Source: Octopus vulgaris (taxonomy: Eukaryota). Taken from it: a DNA stretch of 64,000 nucleotides. Both the position numbers and the translations under genes were made by a program. The stretch is taken from assembly GCA_951406725.2 (NCBI GenBank), contig OX597820.1:19902001-19966000 (forward strand). The letters are read 5' to 3'. Below the pieces are notes generated by a model. That model had not been told where the DNA came from, did no database searches, and saw only the letters and a list, made by a program, of their open reading frames with translations. Positions 55,500 through 61,600 of the stretch are shown piece after piece. Each line of letters starts with the position of its first letter. Within the stretch, counting starts at the first letter, position 1.

Positions 55500-56188
55500 C
55501 TCAAAGTAAGCCACAAGTATATCCGATGTAATGTGGTACAATCGTTTCATGCTACTTCATTTTATTAAACACTGTAAGTATTACATCAGTTTTAAAATGT
55601 CGAGCAATCTTCAGCCACTTATAGAAATTTTCTATAATTTTATAGAAATTTTCTATAAGTGGCTGAAGATTGCATGACATTTTAAAACTGATGTAATACT
55701 TACAGTGTTTAATAAAATGAAGTAGCATGAAACGATGGTACCACATTACATCGGATATACTTGTGGCTTACTTTGATTATAATCACCCCATGGATTTATA
55801 TGGATAATACCATACAAAATTCTGGTGCCTTTGACTTAAGTACCATATTCATATGAATCTAAATTTTGCTGAACTTATATATATAAGAATTAAGATATAA
55901 ATCCAAATTAGGCAATCATACTCATACAGTTATAAATTCGACTTAAAATGCATATTCATACACATATTAATACATATTGATACACATACATATTTAAAAA
56001 AATATTTATAAAACATAAATATATATAAATTTACATAAAAATACATGTAAATAAAACCCATATGGAAGAAAATGTGAGAAAAAGAGAACTAATTTGTGTT
56101 TACATCTTAATTCTTATCTTTTGTCATGGGTTCAACCCGAGCACTTCTTAAGCAGCTCTATATTTTTTGTAAGGAAGATCAATAATAT

Positions 56189-56245
<57 letters not shown>

Positions 56246-56778
56246 CTCACAGAGGCAATGACGAAAAACCAAGACCTCTGGAGATATGCTGCGACTGCGA
56301 AGACAAATGAAGTGAGTTCATGGCTCACAGGACGGCCTGCTGTGCTTACCTTGGATCGTAGGGTGACCTGCTGTGCTTGAGGAAATCTATTGAGTCAAAT
56401 ACATCAACATCAAAATAAAAATCAAATGGAAATTGAAGTTGTGATACCCGTGCCGGTGGCATGTAAAAAAACACCATTCGAATGTGGCCGATGCCAGCAC
56501 TGCCTTGACTGGTGTCTGTGCCAGTGGCACATAAAACGCACCAACCAATCATGGACATTACCAGCCTCCTCTGGCCCCTGTGCCGGTGGCACGTAAAAAG
56601 CACCCACTATACTCACAGAGTGGTTGGCGTTAGGAAGGGCATCCAGCTATAGAAACACTGCCAGATCAGACTGGAGCCTGGTGCAGCTTCCTGGATTCCC
56701 AGATCCCAGTCGAACAATCCAACCCATGCTAGCATGGAAAACGGACGTTAAACGATGATGAAGATGATGATGATGATG

Positions 56779-56824
<46 letters not shown>

Positions 56825-58632
56825 AAAATCTCTAGTTAGTTTGATTTACTAACAATATATCTTTACTCTTATAAATCTATGTGTTTACAAAGACTGCATT
56901 TTTCTGGAAAAAAGCAGTGTCCATAGAGACATATGGATTTACCAATGTGAAGATAAACTGTTGTTAGCAAAATAAAAGTAACTGGAATTTATATACAGTC
57001 ATGAAGGTTAGCCGGGATTAATAACTGGTACATGTGATTAAGGTGCTCACTAGGATTCTATATCCCTACCACATATTTTTCAATTCAATTCAATTTTTAT
57101 TGGCTCAAAAACCAAAAGCAAGGCCATGTAGGGGGACAGGGAGTTATGTACAGGGAGGGTGGTCATACAAAGAGTTCAGGCTATTTCTGGTCAAGAGAGA
57201 CTTTGAACTGAGCAGTCGTTGACATCGTCACTATCTCATCTGGCAGCTTATCCCAGGGATCTGCAACCCGGACGGAGAAAGCCCCTCTCCTTCGATTGAG
57301 ATGAAATCGTTGTAGATAGAGCATTTTGGAGTGACCCCGCAGCCCACGCTCTGGAGCAGGATTGAAGAACAGCTTTATTGCTTCAGCTACTTTATGTACC
57401 GCCTTTAAAAGCAATATACATACATAAATACATACATACATGATGGCTGCCCCCTCGTTATCGAGTATGGCCATTGCACGAAGCTTTTCTGTTATTGGTG
57501 CTGTGATCGAATGTGACTTTTTAGCCCAGCTAAAGATCTACAATGTCTTGTACAAAATTGGTAGCTAAAACCTTTACCGGCAATTGCCGGCTGTAGTTGT
57601 AACTGGGCTTCATGTACCTTTGCATGTCGTTTAAGTCCTCCTGCCGAATTACACTCTCTTCCACATGCCTGGTAGATATGACTAGTATGGTGTGTAACTA
57701 ATCTGTCTCGCTTTATGACTATGAAGATGACTCTTGAGTCCAGCTTTACTGAGGCAGAGTCTTGCACAGACACTGCATGTCAGTATCATAGGAAGACCCT
57801 TCCCATCTGGAAGTGTAACAGTGATGCCCTTCCTGACATCCCTCCTTACTTTCTCATGCGCAACTTGAGATTTCTCAAACATACATACATATATACATAC
57901 ATACATACATATATGATGAGGAATGTTACAGATATCTAGGGGTAGATGTAAACATCTTACAATGGCACCTGTAAGAAAACATGTGTCACTAAAGAATATT
58001 ACTACCAAATAAAGAAAATTAGGACCTCATAGCACTTTGCATTCAATACAACAATGGCCCACGATGCGTTTGCAGTGCCAGTACTCATACCTATTTCTTT
58101 ACTACCCACAAGGGGCTAAACATAGAGGGGACAAACAAGGACAGACAAACGGATTAAGTCGATTACATTGACCCCTGTGTGTAACTGGTACTTATTTAAT
58201 CAACCCCGAAAGGATGAAAGGCAAAGTCGACCTTGGTGGAATTTGAACTCAGAACGTAACGGCAGACGAAATACCACTTAGCATTTCGCCGGGTGTGCTA
58301 ACGTTTCTGCCAACATTTGGGCTGCTTGATTGGATGCTTGATGAGATCTGAGCCACTGATGTGAAAACCCCAAAATACTAGTGAACACATAATTTCCACG
58401 TAAACTGTGATGTAGACCACCTCTACCTAAAACAAAAACAAAGTGGCAGAGGCTTAACATGGATCAAAAATGCCTTTGAATGTTGTATCATATCCCTTCA
58501 GCAACATCTTTTAACCACCAAGTGTTAAAGTGCATCCCATGACCAAGTTTGCATACATGAGGCTGATAACATTATAAGACTTAGAAGGCAGCTCCTTGAG
58601 CAATATTACTAAATAGTGGCTTGTCTCTAAAT

Positions 58633-58701
<69 letters not shown>

Positions 58702-61552
58702 GCATTTATATGTGTATATCATCATCATCGTTTAACATCTGCTTTCCATGCTAGCATGGGTTGGACGGTTTGACTGAGGGCTGGCAAACCAGATGGCTGC
58801 ACCAGGCTCCAGTCTTGATCTGGCAGAGTTTCAATAGATGGATGCCCTTCCTAACGCCAACCACTCGAATCTTGTTACACATGCCATCAGCACAGGTGCC
58901 AGTAAGGTGATGCTGGTAACGATCACGCTCGAATGGTGCTTTTTACATGCCACCGGCACAGAAGACAGTTAGCCGCTCTGGCAACGATCACACTCGGATG
59001 GTGCTCTTAGCACCCTACTAGCATGGGGCTTAAGTGCCAGTAAGGTGACGCTGGTAACGATTACACTCGAATGGTGCCTTTGATGTGCCACCGGTACGGA
59101 AGTCAGTTAGCTGCTCTGTCAATGATCATGCTCGTATGGTGCTCTTTGCAACCCGCTATCACAGGTGCCTGTCATCGAATTTCACTTTGATTTTGATTTC
59201 GATTTTGATATATGTATATATGTATATATATTGTATGAAAATCTAGGATAAGGTTTTGATTCTTGGCTATGAATCCAAGAAATGATTTCGTGCATACATA
59301 TGGACAAAAATTGTATTTTTCTACTTAGACTGGAAAACATGAGAGAGAACGTAAAGGAAAAAAAGGCAAGGAGGTGAATGAGACTTACTTTCATGACAAG
59401 CCCCCAGTGTAAAGCGGATGTCATCAAGTGCAATAAAATCTCGATAATTAATTCCACCGACTGCTTCAAATGTGATCTAAAATAAAAAGAAAATTAGACT
59501 CAGTGGATAAGGTTATAGAAGTTTGTTCAAACGAAGCCTTTTTGAATGCAAAACATTGATTTAATTGACCCAGCAGCTACTTCGCTGTCATAAAACATCA
59601 TTATTTATATAACTACATTATCTTTCGTGTGGAGGCGCAATGGCCCAGTGGTTAGGGCAGCGGACTCGCGGCCGTAGGATCGCGGTTTCGATTCCCAGAC
59701 CGGGCATTGTGAGTGTTTATTGAATAAAAACATCTAAAGCTCCACGAGGCTCCAGCAGGGGGTGGTGGAGAACCCTGCTGTACTCTTTCGCCACAACTTT
59801 CTCTCACTCTTTCTTCCTGTTTCTGTTGTACCTGTATTTCAAAGGGCCAGCCTTGTCACACTCTGTGTCACGCTGAATCTCCCTGAGAACTACGTTAAGG
59901 GTACATGTGTCTGTGGAGTGCTCAGCCACTTGCACGTTAATAAATGAGCTGCAACGTTACTGGTGCCAAGCTGTATTGTCCCCTTTGCCTTTCCCTTGGA
60001 TAACATCGGTGGTGTGGAGAGGGGAGTCTGGTATGCATGGGCGACTGCTGGTCTTCCATAAACAACCTTGCCCAGACTTGTGCCTCGGAGGGTAACTTTC
60101 TAGGTGCAATCCCATGGTCATTCATGACCGAAGGGGGTCACACACACATTATCTTTTGTAAAGGCACATGGCTCAGTGGTTAGAGCACCAGGCTCAAAAT
60201 CATGAGGTAGTGAGTTCTATTCCTGGACTGGGCTGTGTGTTGTGTTCTTGAGCAAGACACTTTATTTCATGTTGCTTCAATTCACTCAGCTGAAGAAATG
60301 AGTTGCGATGTCACTGATACCAAGCTGTATCAGCTTTTGCCTTTTCCTTGAATAACATCGGTCACATGTAGACGGGAGGCTGGTATGCATGGGTGACTTC
60401 TGGTCTTCCATAAACAAGATTGTCCAGACTTGTGCCACTTTATTTCATGTGGCTCCAGTTCACTCAGCTGTAAAAATGAGTTGCGATATCACTGGTGCTA
60501 AGCTATATCGGTCTTTGGTCTTTCCCTTGGGTAACATCAGTGGCATGGAGAAGGGGGGGCGGGCTGATACGCATGGGCAACTGCTGGTCTTCCATAAACA
60601 ACCTTACCCAGATTTGTGCCTTAGAAGGGAACTTTCTAGGTGCAATCTCATGACCAAAGGGGTTTTTTACCCTCTCTTTATATACGAGGTCTGAACTGTT
60701 GCCATAGTAACGAAGCTAAAGCACACAGAGTAAAGCTACTCAGCACAGATTGACCTTGGACTCTGCTGTGCATGTGCACTAAATTTTAACGTTCTAGCTC
60801 ACTTCAATGTTTACAGCAATGCTTGGAAGGAATGTGTGTAGTATGTGATCGCCGCATTGATCATCATCATCATCATCATTATCATTGTTTAACGTCTGTT
60901 TTCCATGCTAGTATGGGTTGGACAGTTCGACCGGGGTCTGAGAAGTCAGGAGGCTGCACCAGGCTCCAGTCTGATCTGGCAGTGTTTCTACAGCTGGATG
61001 CCTTTCCTAACGCCAACCACTCTGTGAGTGTAGTGGGTGTTTTCTATGTGACACCGGCACAGGTGCCAGGGGAGGCTGGAAACGGCAACGATTGGTTGGT
61101 GTGTTTTATGACACCCCCCCCTACTCATAGGCTTATGCAAAATTGCAGAAAGTGTATGGAGAGGAGTGTATGAGCTGCACACAAGTGTATGAGTGATTCA
61201 GATGTTTCCAAGATGGCCAAAATATGTTGATAGTGATGAACGTTTTGGGAGACCTGCAACCAGCAGAACTGAGAAAAACATTGCAGATGTATGTGCATCT
61301 CTGAGGGGAAATTGTCGAATCATCATTTGTGAGTTATCAGAGGATGTGCAGATTAGATATGGTTCAGATCAGTCCATTATCACTGAAGATGTGGGTATGA
61401 GACACGTGTCTGCCAAGTTTGTGCCCAAACTGCTTTCAGCTGACCAAAAAGACACTCGGGTTTCAGTTGCCTAAGATCCCCTTAATTGTGTCAAGAATGA
61501 TGAACATTTTTGGAAAACTTCATGCAGGCCTCTGAGCAGGTGTGTATGTCTA

Positions 61553-61600
<48 letters not shown>

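Larger units (their letters stand above)
55501..55776. mobile_element. Near-perfect 276-bp palindrome resembling Penelope inverted pseudo-LTRs
   Basis: The left arm is the reverse complement of the right arm with only a few mismatches; next to (TA)n; each arm carries a hammerhead core. Confidence 0.8.

Noticed and set aside
57961-57968. Possible 8-nt micro-exon (ttacag|GTGCCATT|gtaag) on the minus strand
   Set aside because: It would shift the frame; exons 3 and 4 already join in phase.
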